Notes: generated by a model from the letters alone, not told the origin. A DNA stretch of 64,000 nt from an uncultured delta proteobacterium (GCA_963736855.1 CAVTQK010000021.1:64001-128000), one strand, 5' to 3'. Positions 40,194-50,681 are shown, counted from the first letter of the stretch. Numbers and translations are program-made.

Positions 40194-42076
40194 CAATACG
40201 CTCCCACGCCGATCTGGAGAGGCTGAGAGAGGAAGGGGTTTCCCTGTTGCATCCCGAACGGCCAAGGATCAGCGTCGGCATGGCCACATGCGGACTTGCG
40301 GCAGGGGCAGGGGCCATATTCGATGCCATTCGGGATGCATGCAAGACCTACGGCATGGATATCGTGCTGGTTTCCACCGGCTGCATCGGCTGTTGCCAGC
40401 AGGAGCCGGTGGTGGACGTGTACATGCCGGGACTGGGAAGGGTTCTCTACACCCGGATGACTCCCGAAGCCGGGCAGAAGCTGATCGCGGCTCTCTCGGC
40501 CGGTGAACTCCCTGGGGAACATGCCCTGGCCGTGATCCCCGAACCAGGGTCCGACCCGCTAAAAGGCATGGGCCTTCTCTCCCGGCTGCCCCTTATCAGC
40601 GAGCTTCCCTTTTATGCAAAACAGCACAAGATTATTTTGCGCAACAGCGGCATGATCAACCCGAAAAGCATTGAGGAATATGCGGCTGTAGGCGGATATC
40701 GGGCTCTGAGCCGGGCCTTGCGGGACCTTTCTCCGCAGGAAGTTATTGAAGAGATCACCCAATCCGGGCTCAGGGGACGTGGCGGCGGCGGTTTTCCCAC
40801 CGGGAAAAAGTGGGAGGTTTGCAGCCATGCAGCAGGAACGCCTAAGTACATCATTTGCAATGCCGATGAAGGCGATCCCGGGGCTTACATGGATCGCACG
40901 GTGCTTGAAAGCGACACCTATGCAGTGATCGAGGGGATGACCATTGCCGGGTATGCCATAGGGGCTTCTCAGGGATATGTCTATGTGAGAAACGAGTATC
41001 CCCTGGCCATCGAGCGGATCCGGAACGCTATTGAGCGATCCGGGACCCTGGGGCTTTTAGGAGAAGACATCCTGGGATCGGGTTTCAGCTTTTCCATCGA
41101 TGTGGTACGGGGGGCCGGGGCCTTTGTGTGCGGCGAGGAGACCGCCCTGATTGCCTCCATGGAAGGGGGGATAGGCGAACCCAGGCCCAAACCGCCTTAT
41201 CCGGCTGTCAAGGGGCTCTGGGGCCAACCGACCATCATTAACAATGTCAAGACATTGGCATCGGTTTCAGCGATTGTGGCAGAAGGGGCAGACTGGTATG
41301 CCGGAATCGGGACCGAAGGGAATACCGGTACAGTCGTTTTCTCCTTGGTGGGGAAGATCGCCAACACCGGGCTTGTGGAGGCGCCCCTGGGCATGACCCT
41401 GGCTGAAATGATTTATGGAATCGGGGGAGGGGGATTGGACGGCAGACGGGTCAAGGCGGTCCAGACCGGCGGTCCCTCGGGCGGCTGTATCCCGGCTGAC
41501 CTCTTCCACCTCCCTATCGACTATACTTCGCTGAAACAGGCCGGTTCCATCATGGGTTCAGGCGGCATGGTGGTGATGGATGAAGAGACCTGCATGGTGG
41601 ATGTGGCCCACTATTTTCTCCGTTTCACCATGGCGGAGTCGTGCGGAAAGTGTACGCCCTGCCGTGAAGGGACCCGCCATATGGTCGAGATCCTCACCCG
41701 CATCATCGAGGGGAAGGCCGGACCGGGAGATCTGGCGCTGCTGGAAGAGATTGCTCTGTGGGTTCAGGGAGCATCACTTTGTGGGCTTGGTCAGACGGCC
41801 CCGAATCCGGTGCTTTCCACGCTTCGTTATTTCCGGGATGAATACGATGCCCATGTGAATGGAAGACGATGTCCGGCCGGAGTCTGCCGCGCCCTGATAC
41901 GACTCGCTATTGTGCCCGAGCGTTGTACCGGATGCGGACTTTGCCTGCGGGAGTGCCCTGTGTGCGCCATCAGCGGAGAAAAAAAACAGCCCCATGTGAT
42001 TGATGTGGCCTTGTGCACCCACTGCCGCACCTGCTACGACATCTGCCCTGAAGGGGCCGTCGAGATCGTGAGGTAA
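40190..42076 (+). CDS. NuoF/HydB-like FMN/NAD-binding subunit (long form)
   Basis: N-terminal thioredoxin-like domain, GLRGRGGGGFPTG, NADEGDPGAYMDR, CGEETAL, GGPSG, CGKCTPC, C-terminal 2x[4Fe-4S]. Confidence 0.95.
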   Translation: MTIRSHADLERLREEGVSLLHPERPRISVGMATCGLAAGAGAIFDAIRDACKTYGMDIVLVSTGCIGCCQQEPVVDVYMPGLGRVLYTRMTPEAGQKLIAALSAGELPGEHALAVIPEPGSDPLKGMGLLSRLPLISELPFYAKQHKIILRNSGMINPKSIEEYAAVGGYRALSRALRDLSPQEVIEEITQSGLRGRGGGGFPTGKKWEVCSHAAGTPKYIICNADEGDPGAYMDRTVLESDTYAVIEGMTIAGYAIGASQGYVYVRNEYPLAIERIRNAIERSGTLGLLGEDILGSGFSFSIDVVRGAGAFVCGEETALIASMEGGIGEPRPKPPYPAVKGLWGQPTIINNVKTLASVSAIVAEGADWYAGIGTEGNTGTVVFSLVGKIANTGLVEAPLGMTLAEMIYGIGGGGLDGRRVKAVQTGGPSGGCIPADLFHLPIDYTSLKQAGSIMGSGGMVVMDEETCMVDVAHYFLRFTMAESCGKCTPCREGTRHMVEILTRIIEGKAGPGDLALLEEIALWVQGASLCGLGQTAPNPVLSTLRYFRDEYDAHVNGRRCPAGVCRALIRLAIVPERCTGCGLCLRECPVCAISGEKKQPHVIDVALCTHCRTCYDICPEGAVEIVR

Positions 42077-42080
42077 TCCC

Positions 42081-42836
42081 ATGGTAACCTTGACTATTAA
42101 TGGAGCGTCCGTCTCTGTCCCGCAAGGGACCTTCCTCTTAAAGGCCGTGGAACAGGCAGGGATCACACTCCCCACCCTATGCCACCACGACGCCCTGGCG
42201 CCCTATGGGGCCTGCAGGCTGTGCATGGTAGTGATTGCCGCACCCTATCGCATTCTGGTTGCCTCCTGCACCTATCCCGTGGGGGAAGGTCTGGTGGTGG
42301 AGACCCATGCCCCGGAGGCGGTTCAGGCCCGCCGCCTGTCCCTTGAAGCCCTCATGAGCCGCTGTCCCCGATCCGATGTCATACGCAAGATTGCAGAAAG
42401 GGAAGGCGTCGCCGCATCCCGATTCGGCATGCCCCCGTCTGAAAACGCCGATGAGCTATGCGTTCTATGCGGCCTCTGTGTGCGGGTCTGTCGGGATCTG
42501 ATCGGTGCGGCCGCTATAGAGTTTATAGGGAGAGGATCAGAACGCAGGGTAGGCGCTCCTTTTAACATGCATTCCGATGCGTGCATCGGCTGCGGGGCCT
42601 GTGCAGAAGTGTGTCCCACCGGCGCCATCCGGATGGAAGACAGGGGCAGTCAACGCATCCTTCATGCGTGGAATACTTGCATCACTCTTTCCACCTGCCC
42701 GGAGTGCGGTCGTTTCTTCACGCCCGAACCCGCCCGTTTCCTGAAGGAGATGTTTCCTGAGATTAAGGCCTGCTGGGATGTGTGCCCCGAGTGCAGACGC
42801 CAGAAGACAAGCCGGCAATTGCTTGACACCATCTGA
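42081..42836 (+). CDS. NuoG/HydA N-terminal-like FeS subunit without a catalytic domain
   Basis: PTLC...GACRLC...SC [2Fe-2S], two [4Fe-4S] motifs, C-terminal CPEC...CPEC; no H-cluster or Mo-cofactor domain. Confidence 0.9.
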   Translation: MVTLTINGASVSVPQGTFLLKAVEQAGITLPTLCHHDALAPYGACRLCMVVIAAPYRILVASCTYPVGEGLVVETHAPEAVQARRLSLEALMSRCPRSDVIRKIAEREGVAASRFGMPPSENADELCVLCGLCVRVCRDLIGAAAIEFIGRGSERRVGAPFNMHSDACIGCGACAEVCPTGAIRMEDRGSQRILHAWNTCITLSTCPECGRFFTPEPARFLKEMFPEIKACWDVCPECRRQKTSRQLLDTI

Positions 42837-42876
42837 ATCCTGAATACGGGATTCTGACTTCTGAATATCCGCTCTT

Positions 42877-43707
42877 TCACAGCCCGTTCAGGATTTCCTG
42901 TTGCTTCTTCTCGTAGACTTCTTTGGTGATCAGGCCGTCATCGTAGAGCTTCTTGAGTTCCTTCAACCGAGCGGGTGTATTACCGCTTCCAACTGCAGGC
43001 GGAGGTTGTCCGGTTGGAACGGCAGGCGGCGCATTGACCGCGGCCGGGACAGGCGCCGGATGGACCGTGCGAGAAGCAATGGCCGACTGTATGTCGGGCA
43101 CCGCAGTCATCAGCAGGTGAGCGATGCGATCGTGCGTGATTCGGTTGATCAACTCTGCCGGCTTCATGGTGTCGAGCACAGTTTTGCCGCTGAACCATCC
43201 ACCGGTGTCACAGGTTTTTGTGTAGTAGCGCTTCCCCGCCTCATCATACAGATTTACCTCCAATGCCATCATGATCTGAGGCGTCATCGCAAAGGTGAGG
43301 TTTCTCAGCGAGTTGTACCGGTAATCGTAGGAGATCACCCGAGGTTGGATTATGGCCGCATAACCCTTTGCATTGGCCAGAGAATTAACCCGGTCGCATC
43401 CGCCTGTGAACCTACCGCAGAAAACCCGTGCTGCCGTCTCACGCGTGATCTCTCCCAGCGGTATTGCGATCTTGGACCCGCCGCCATAGAGGCTTGATGG
43501 ACGGTCCTGGTGGATGTAGGCGTCGTCCGACGGTTCCGTGTACAGCAAGGCCTTGCCCGGAATCGACACACTCCCAACACCGGCTGCAGACGGCACATAC
43601 GACGGTGTATAAGCCACGCGGTACTGGCAGCCCGTTAACAGCGCCACTGTGCATCCCAATACAACTATGTACAGGCTCATCTTCTTCAATATAATTCCTT
43701 TTTCCAA
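42877..43707 (-). CDS. Lipoprotein with C-terminal SHOCT domain
   Basis: Lipobox LTGC; RLKELKKLYDDGLITKEVYEKKQQEIL. Confidence 0.8.
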   Translation of the reverse strand: MEKGIILKKMSLYIVVLGCTVALLTGCQYRVAYTPSYVPSAAGVGSVSIPGKALLYTEPSDDAYIHQDRPSSLYGGGSKIAIPLGEITRETAARVFCGRFTGGCDRVNSLANAKGYAAIIQPRVISYDYRYNSLRNLTFAMTPQIMMALEVNLYDEAGKRYYTKTCDTGGWFSGKTVLDTMKPAELINRITHDRIAHLLMTAVPDIQSAIASRTVHPAPVPAAVNAPPAVPTGQPPPAVGSGNTPARLKELKKLYDDGLITKEVYEKKQQEILNGL

Positions 43708-43768
43708 GCTTGACCTCCTCTTTATCTCTCTGCCTTCAAACTGATTTCATCCCGGGCTCTGTTGCAGC

Positions 43769-45199
43769 TTAGGAAGCGGGCAGGGTTAGAATAGCCCTCG
43801 CCCCTCCGGATTCCCGGTTCTCGAGGACAATCTCACCATGGTGCAGGGTTGCCACTTCCCGGACGAAATTTAACCCCAGTCCGGTGCTTTTTTTCCCTGC
43901 ATTCGGCCTTTGCAGCGAATAAAATTTTTCAAATACTTTTTCGAGCGCGTAATCGGGAATGCCGGGACCCCGGTCTTCGATCATGATTTGAATATGCTGG
44001 TTTACATTCCGGCAGGTGATGATAATTTTTTCGTTTTCGGCGCTGAAATCGATAGCGTTTTGTACCAGGTTGGACAAGGCTTCATGCAACAAAAACCGGT
44101 CGCCGGAAATGGTGATGTCTGCCGATATCTCACAATCGATTGTGATCTGTTTGCGTCTGAGCAACGGCCGTTTGCTTTCGACAACCCCCGATATCAAAGC
44201 CTTTAAGATGATGTTTTCGCTGGTCGGTAATATCCTCATATTTTCCAGCGCCGATAAAGCCAGCAGCCGTTCAACAATATCATTGATTCTGCCGGCTTCG
44301 TTGCGGATATTGGCCAGAAATTTGGCCTGCTGTTCGGGAGGCATTTTTTCCTCCATGAGTTCCGCCGCGGCGATAATGGCCGATACCGGGCTTTTAACCT
44401 CATGGGTCAGCGTCTGAATATACTCCTCGACATATTTTTTACCCTCCAGAGTGGTTTTCATCTTCTCAAACGCTTTGCCCATTTCGCCGATTTCCGTTGT
44501 GTTTAGTTTCGGAATGTTGACGTTTTTCCCCTCTCCGATATCATTGGCATAGCGGGTCAGCCGCTTGATCGGCAGAGTGATCCACCAGGAAGCAAGGAGG
44601 CTCAGGATAATCGCGGCAAACATGGAGACGGCAACCACTTTAGAGAATTCGGGTTTGAAATTCGCGATGAAGTTGTTGATGTTCGTTGTCGGTTTGGCAA
44701 TCGTTAAAACTCCCGCGATATCCCCTCGGACATAGATGGGCGCGCCGACATAAAGCACGGATGATTTCAGATCGTCCGGATTCGCCCTGGTTGTACGTGC
44801 CCCGTAAAATCCGCTTAATGTCAGGCGGACATCGCGCCATTTAATGTAGTCACTGCCGATGTTCGCCCTGTTTTGAGCGTCAAATATCACTTTGCCGCTT
44901 TTGTCGGTAATATAGATGTTTATGTCGACATTGGTTTTGTTGAACTCATAGATATTGGCAGACAACTGGCGGCGATAGACGTTGTCAAACACCTTATACA
45001 GCCGGTCGGTGTTGAATTGTCGTGATTCCATATCCTGGCCCACCATTGCTGCCAGGATATTCGCCTGATCCACAAGGGGGTCTTCCACCCCTTCCAGATA
45101 ACGGGTACGGACTTTGTCTTTCATCCAGTTTACGGAGTAATAGAAGCATGAGGTGAAGATCATCAAATAACAAACAAAGATACGGATTCCGACTTTCAT
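43769..45199 (-). CDS. creC: Two-component sensor histidine kinase CreC-like
   Basis: Sensor domain with DVRLTLSGFYGARTT, HAMP, LEGKKYVE..LTHEVKSP, KFYSLQRP, STGLGL. Confidence 0.9.
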   Translation of the reverse strand: MKVGIRIFVCYLMIFTSCFYYSVNWMKDKVRTRYLEGVEDPLVDQANILAAMVGQDMESRQFNTDRLYKVFDNVYRRQLSANIYEFNKTNVDINIYITDKSGKVIFDAQNRANIGSDYIKWRDVRLTLSGFYGARTTRANPDDLKSSVLYVGAPIYVRGDIAGVLTIAKPTTNINNFIANFKPEFSKVVAVSMFAAIILSLLASWWITLPIKRLTRYANDIGEGKNVNIPKLNTTEIGEMGKAFEKMKTTLEGKKYVEEYIQTLTHEVKSPVSAIIAAAELMEEKMPPEQQAKFLANIRNEAGRINDIVERLLALSALENMRILPTSENIILKALISGVVESKRPLLRRKQITIDCEISADITISGDRFLLHEALSNLVQNAIDFSAENEKIIITCRNVNQHIQIMIEDRGPGIPDYALEKVFEKFYSLQRPNAGKKSTGLGLNFVREVATLHHGEIVLENRESGGARAILTLPAS

Positions 45200-45877
45200 A
45201 AATTCTCTTTCAAGGAATACCCGGCTCCCCGATGGGTGATGATCGGTTCGATCTGAGGTTCAATCAACTTTAAGTTTTGCGCGCAGATTTTTGACATGCG
45301 CATCCACCGTCCTGTCCATGCTGGCCTCCGGGACATCCCAGGCCATGTCCATCAATTGACTGCGGGAATATACATGGCCGGGTCGCCGGATGAACGTCGT
45401 CAAGATCCGGTATTCGTAATTGGATAATTCCAGCAGCTTGCCGAAATAGGATATTTGCCGTTTCGATTCATTGACCTGAAAAGCGCCGGGGCGCGATGTG
45501 TCCTGATGGTTTGCTTTTGACCGTCTGAGGATGGCTTTGATCCTTGCGGAGAGCTCGCGCGGACTGAAGGGTTTAACCACATAGTCGTCCGCGCCGATTT
45601 CCAGGCCGACAACGCGGTCGATCTCCGTCGTTCGCGCCGTTAGAAACAAAATCGGTGTATTGCTGGTTCTCCGGATTTCCTTGCACAGATCGAATCCGTT
45701 GATATCCGGCAGTCCGACATCCAGAACGACCAGGTCGATATTTTCACTTTCGAGCAAGGGCAGCACCGGTTTGCCTTCGGAGACGCTCAGGGTTTCAAAT
45801 CCATCCGTTTCCAACGCGTAGCGGATCGCGTCGGTTATGGCCGGCTCATCATCCACGATCAGAATCCGCAGCTTCAT
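45196..45877 (-). CDS. creB: Response regulator CreB-like (OmpR family), +1 frameshift near 45270
   Basis: Receiver plus winged helix; removing one base at ~45270 restores ...IEPIITHRGAGYSLKENL* overlapping the creC start (ATGA). Confidence 0.85.
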
Positions 45878-46679
45878 GGCAGTTACCTGTCGTTCCATGT
45901 TTTGGTTTTTCATAATTATAACACAAAACCATAAGAAACATCAGCACAAAAAGCAAATAGCTGACGGCCAGGACAGACCAGGCGTGTTCCCAGAATAAGG
46001 CGGGATTCTTCCTGGAAGCCTGATTCAAGGCAGGCAAAGCCAGTGTGATCAGGAGATACCAGAACAAAGGAATCAGGCAGGAGAACAGAATACTCGTCAC
46101 ATTCCTGCCCTCATCCGGTTGCCTGCGTGATGGAAAAAGATCGTGCCATGATATGATTTTTTGTACACCCAGATACAACAGGCACAGACAGAGAAAATAT
46201 ATCGCGATTCCCTCCAGACGATGGACTTTTTCCGGCGTGATTAAAGGCGTGTAGATATCCGCCCGATATAGATAGATGGACAGGATGATGCGCAGGCTGT
46301 TGGCGCATAGTGTCGCGCCATAGGCTGCGGCAAAACCGGCCAGGACACAAGGAGCCAGGTATTCTTTTCGCTGCATGTGATATAGCATTGTCAAAGCCGA
46401 CATGCAAAACGCTGCGATCATAAAATTGATGCCGGCGCAAGCGGGTATGATAGCGACGTGTTGATCGGCGCTGACGTATCCGATATTTGCTTCCTTCACA
46501 AACTGAGTGCCGGTCATGAATTTCACGAGGGATGCAGTCGGGCCGAGAATCCAGACGAGATCTTCGCTGGTGGATTGGCTGTAAGCGTATTTCAGCCCGA
46601 CTGCCATGAACACGACCAACAGACCATAGATGATCTTTTGTGCAGGAAACGGGTTCAACCGGTTCATTTCTTTTCCCAC
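45849..46679 (-). CDS. Exosortase (XrtK-like)
   Basis: Multi-TM protein with L.WILGP, catalytic Cys (PACAGINF), Arg (NSLRI) and His (VHR..G). Confidence 0.8.
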   Translation of the reverse strand: MGKEMNRLNPFPAQKIIYGLLVVFMAVGLKYAYSQSTSEDLVWILGPTASLVKFMTGTQFVKEANIGYVSADQHVAIIPACAGINFMIAAFCMSALTMLYHMQRKEYLAPCVLAGFAAAYGATLCANSLRIILSIYLYRADIYTPLITPEKVHRLEGIAIYFLCLCLLYLGVQKIISWHDLFPSRRQPDEGRNVTSILFSCLIPLFWYLLITLALPALNQASRKNPALFWEHAWSVLAVSYLLFVLMFLMVLCYNYEKPKHGTTGNCHEAADSDRG

Positions 46680-46696
46680 CTGTTCTTCCGGCGGAT

Positions 46697-48708
46697 CTAT
46701 ATTTTATGTTTTTGGATCAGCCTGCGTTTCGTTGTTACAGCAGAAACCGAGATGATCAGAGCGGCCATAATCAGCAGGAAGTAAAGCTCAGGTTCCGGCG
46801 TGTTGAGCATGCCTTCGCCCACGGCAAAGTTGGAAACCCCGGAGGGTAGAGGCAGGGGCTGCGTGACATCCTGGCTTTCGGCTTCGGGATTGCGGACGAT
46901 TTCATGCACGGCGATAAAAGACGTGTGGGCCGTCAATAAATTATATTTGATGCCGATATGAACAATCGCTTCCTTGTTGTCCGTGCCGCCGCTGTGCGTG
47001 TTGAAGTCCGATAGATCGGTCAGCCTTTTTCTTGCCCACAGCTGTCTGAGCGCCGCGTTTTTATCCGACGGCGAAACTTCGGCCGCATCAAAGGTTTGAG
47101 TAAATGTGTTTTCACCGCTCCGGCCGAAGACAGTGATTTTTCCCTGAGGGTTTCCGTCCCATTTGCCGATGACGACAATCGGTCTTTCGGCAAACATGTC
47201 CGGAATTTTTACCGGTTCCACGTCATATGCCTTAAAACCGTCAAAAGTGACCGCAATATTGGTCAGAACAGGTGTGGCGATGTAATTGCGGAATTTTTCC
47301 GCAACTTTCGGTGCTTCCTCCGGCTTGGTGACCACAAAAAGTTCGCCCTGGCCTGCATGCGCAACGCCTTCAATGAGGTAGCGGTTGACGCTGCTGCCGA
47401 TGCCGAAAGAAAATACATTGGTGTTGTTGAGGTTTTCACGAATGAGCTGCAAGGCTTCCTTTTCCGCCGAGATAAAGCCGTCCGTAACCACAATGACCGA
47501 CCGGGAAACGTTTTCATTCCGGGGCAGGGACATGGCCCTCTGCAAGGCTGCACAAAGCTCGGTTCCTCCTCCGCCATGCTGCCCGTCAATCAATCGGATG
47601 GCGTTATCGATATTGCTTTGCGTGGCCGGTACGGACGAAGGAGACATTAAACTCGACCGGCCGGAAAAGAGGATGACATTAAAGTGATCCGTGGATCGCA
47701 GGTTGCCGATGAGATTGCGCAAGCAGATTTTTCGAGATATCCAGAGGGAAAGCCGTACATGGACCCGGAAACATCCACGACAAAGATGTACTCCCGCGGG
47801 GGAATGTCGGAGATATTGATACGCTGGGGCGGTTGAACCATCAGTAAAAAGAAATGCTCTTCTTCACCTTTATAAAGCATTAATCCGGAATGGATTTTTT
47901 TGCCCGTCAGCCGGTACTTTAAAATGAAATCCCGGTTGCCTCCGTCAGCTTCAGAATCGTCAAGAACGATCGTTGCTGCGGACGGGTTCGGCCAGAGTGT
48001 TTTAATCTTGTGTGTGGCGCAGGCAATATCCTCCACCGGGACACCCCCGGTGATGTCGACGGCTATGTTGAATGTGGATGTCGGCAAAACCCCCTCCTTC
48101 AGATACGGGCTTTTCACCCATCGGTCGGTTTCCGGTGCGCTTTCTTCCGGTGTGCTCGAATAGCGCGGCCCGACCACCGTGGGATAAACAAATTCATAGA
48201 TGCCCTCGGTCGGAATGAGAAGCTCGGTATAGCGCAGTTCAATGTCGACTTTGTCGCCCGGCATGATATTGGCCACATTCATCGTAAAAACATTGGGGCG
48301 CTCCTGATTGAGCAGCGAGGCGCTCTTTCCTTCTTTTTTTGCCTGCTCAAAGGCTTGCTGGGCAGCCTGGCGTTCCTGAATTTTAGCGGTGACGATGTGA
48401 TCGCCGATCTTCATTTTCATGCCGTAAACCGCCGCCCGGGTGGAAGCGGGAAAAACGTAGCGCGCATTGATCGGCCGCGAACCTTCGTTGACATATCGCT
48501 GGGTGACCACAACATCGGCAATGATGCCGCTGATATGAACGTCGGCTTTTGTTTCTTTCAGCGGAAACCGGTCGATGGACGCATCGCCTTCTTTAACAAA
48601 AAAATAAGGGGACAGGGTTTTGTCTTCTGCAGTCTCGGCCAGAGCCGCCGACGGCAAAAAGATAAACAACGCGACAATGGATAAAATGATTTTGAACATT
48701 GCCTTCAT
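46697..48708 (-). CDS. Secreted VIT-vWA protein with PEP-CTERM-like sorting signal (split by two +1 frameshifts at ~47722-47747)
   Basis: Signal peptide, VIT domain, DVSGS MIDAS, GGGTE, VTDG; C-terminus TPEP + TM + KRR; removing two bases gives GFPLDISKNLLRNLIG. Confidence 0.85.
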
Positions 48709-48781
48709 GACATTTCCTCCTCGATGAATGGTTTTATGATGGTTTTTGTCCATCGTTGGAGGACAAAATAAAAGACCAACT

Positions 48782-48819
48782 GTGAATCGATGATGAATGT
48801 AAAACGAAAAATTGATGAA
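48782..48819 (-). promoter_or_regulatory. Putative CreB boxes (cre-tag-like direct repeats at 11-bp period)
   Basis: Minus strand reads TTCAT-N6-TTCGT-N6-TTCAT-N6-TTCAC upstream of the VIT gene; the E. coli cre tag is TTCAC-N6-TTCAC. Confidence 0.65.
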
Positions 48820-49029
48820 AAATTTGGGTGTGGGGTGATTTTAGTAAAAGCTTGCAGGCTCTGATGAGTAAAAACGATATCCCGCCATTTACTTTTGTTG
48901 GCAAAATGGAAAAGAGGGGGTGCGCTCAGCTTTGCTTATGATCCATTCTGTTGGCTTGACCAAAACCGAAAACGAGTATATTTATGCTAATCGTAAATTA
49001 CACGCTTGTATTTTTCGATGGAGCTAAAA

Positions 49030-50169
49030 ATGCCCAAGTACCTTTCAAGATACATCGAAACGCCTGTGCGCAACGACCTCAATCGCAAGATGGTCTTTGT
49101 TGCAGGCCCGCGGCAGTCCGGCAAGACCACACTCGCAAAGCACCTGTGCAAACAGGAGAGGGTTGATATCGGCCGGCGATATTTGAACTGGGATGCCCCC
49201 GAAGATCGGGAGCATATCATCCGGGAGCGCTTTCCAACGGGTGATGGACTTCTGGTCCTCGACGAGATCCACAAGTATTCGCGCTGGCGGCAGGTCGTCA
49301 AAGGCCTGTATGATAAGCGTGGCAGCGAACTTCGGATCCTGGTTACCGGGAGCGCACGGTTGGATTATTATCGTCGCGGCGGAGATTCTCTCCAGGGGCG
49401 GTACCATTTCTATCGCCTGCTGCCTCTTTCATGCGCAGAGCTTTCTACCCCATCATTGTCCACAATCCATGATCTGCTCAATTATGGCGGCTTCCCGGAG
49501 CCTTTCTTCCTGCAGTCGGAGAAAGAAACCCGGAGATGGAGCAGGGAATATCGCTCCCGGGTCATCTTAGGGGATCTTAAGGATTTGGAAAAAGTTCAGG
49601 ACGCGGGGATCATCGAAAAAATGGTTTTACGCTTGCCGGAGCTTGTGGGTTCGCCGCTTTCACTCAACTCGCTGCGCGAAGACCTGCAGGTCTCTCATCA
49701 GTCCATTTCGCGCTGGATCGGCATGCTGGAAAATCTTTACATGATTTTCCGTATCTATCCCTTCGGTGCTCCGAAGATCCGTGCCGTAAAGAAAGAGGCC
49801 AAGCACTACCACCTGGATTGGACGGTTGTTTCCGACAGGGCGGCCCGTTTCGAAAATCTCATCGCCTTTCATTTGCTTAAATGGGTATTTTACCTGCAGG
49901 ATCTGGAAGGACGGGATGCGGAGCTTCGCTATTTCAGAGACGTCGACAAAAGGGAAGTCGATTTTGTCGTCATGGAGAAGGGTGCTCCCCTGTCCTTCGT
50001 CGAATGCAAGACATCCGCCGGAGAGATCAGTCAGTCTCTGCGCTATTTAAAAGCCCGTTTTCCCGGCGTTGAGGCGGTCCAGGTTGTTCTTGACAGAAAT
50101 ATCGATGTGCTGACAAAGGATGGCATCCGTCTTTGTTCCGCCCATTTGCTGCTTAAGGATCTGATATAA
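49030..50169 (+). CDS. AAA_14 ATPase with DUF4143 and C-terminal PD-(D/E)xK motif
   Basis: GPRQSGKTT, LDEIHK, VTGS, GGFPE, EVDFV...VECK. Confidence 0.9.
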   Translation: MPKYLSRYIETPVRNDLNRKMVFVAGPRQSGKTTLAKHLCKQERVDIGRRYLNWDAPEDREHIIRERFPTGDGLLVLDEIHKYSRWRQVVKGLYDKRGSELRILVTGSARLDYYRRGGDSLQGRYHFYRLLPLSCAELSTPSLSTIHDLLNYGGFPEPFFLQSEKETRRWSREYRSRVILGDLKDLEKVQDAGIIEKMVLRLPELVGSPLSLNSLREDLQVSHQSISRWIGMLENLYMIFRIYPFGAPKIRAVKKEAKHYHLDWTVVSDRAARFENLIAFHLLKWVFYLQDLEGRDAELRYFRDVDKREVDFVVMEKGAPLSFVECKTSAGEISQSLRYLKARFPGVEAVQVVLDRNIDVLTKDGIRLCSAHLLLKDLI

Positions 50170-50368
50170 AATGAAGCGGATTGAAGATCCTCGCCGGCGC
50201 CCTGATAAAAGCCCCTAACCCAGATCTATTGCAACTTGACAATTTCTTTAGAAATATCTAAAGCTTCTCGCATAATCTCAATATAATCCTATCCGGTTGC
50301 AACCTCTTTTTCAGGGAAACGACAACCCTAAAGGTTCATGTGGAACCGTCAGGTGAAATGAATCGCCC

Positions 50369-50430
50369 ATGAAACAGGTGGTGATCGAAAACCCGGTCCT
50401 GAATTCACCCTTTCGCGAGCCGAAACGAAA
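50369..50430 (+). pseudogene. Short N-terminal remnant resembling a type III restriction enzyme start
   Basis: MKQVVIENPVLNSPFREPKR, then the similarity is lost; recognised from memory of Res N-termini. Confidence 0.4.
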
Positions 50431-50681
50431 CCAGGCTGGAACTTGCTATAAATGGATAGGTCAGGAAAACACACCCAAACCATCCTTATCCGCGAAAAAA
50501 ACAGCCGCCTTCAACGAAATGCTCAATAGACAGCGGAAGTGGAGGTCGTCAGGAAAGAAGACCCGCTTGAAAATCGACTCCTTATTGCAAAGCGTTTTGT
50601 GAATCAGTCCTGAAAAAAACTTATAATTTTAATAAGTTGAGGAGTATTTCCGAATGACAATCGGCGGATATTTGGAACCGC

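Noticed and set aside
39714..42836. Respiratory complex I or [FeFe]-hydrogenase
   Set aside because: No membrane nuo genes and no H-cluster domain; the three subunits form a soluble module attached to cooFS.
42832..42868. Short TCTGAA-like repeats after the CODH operon
   Set aside because: Only 3-4 degenerate units; not enough to call a feature.
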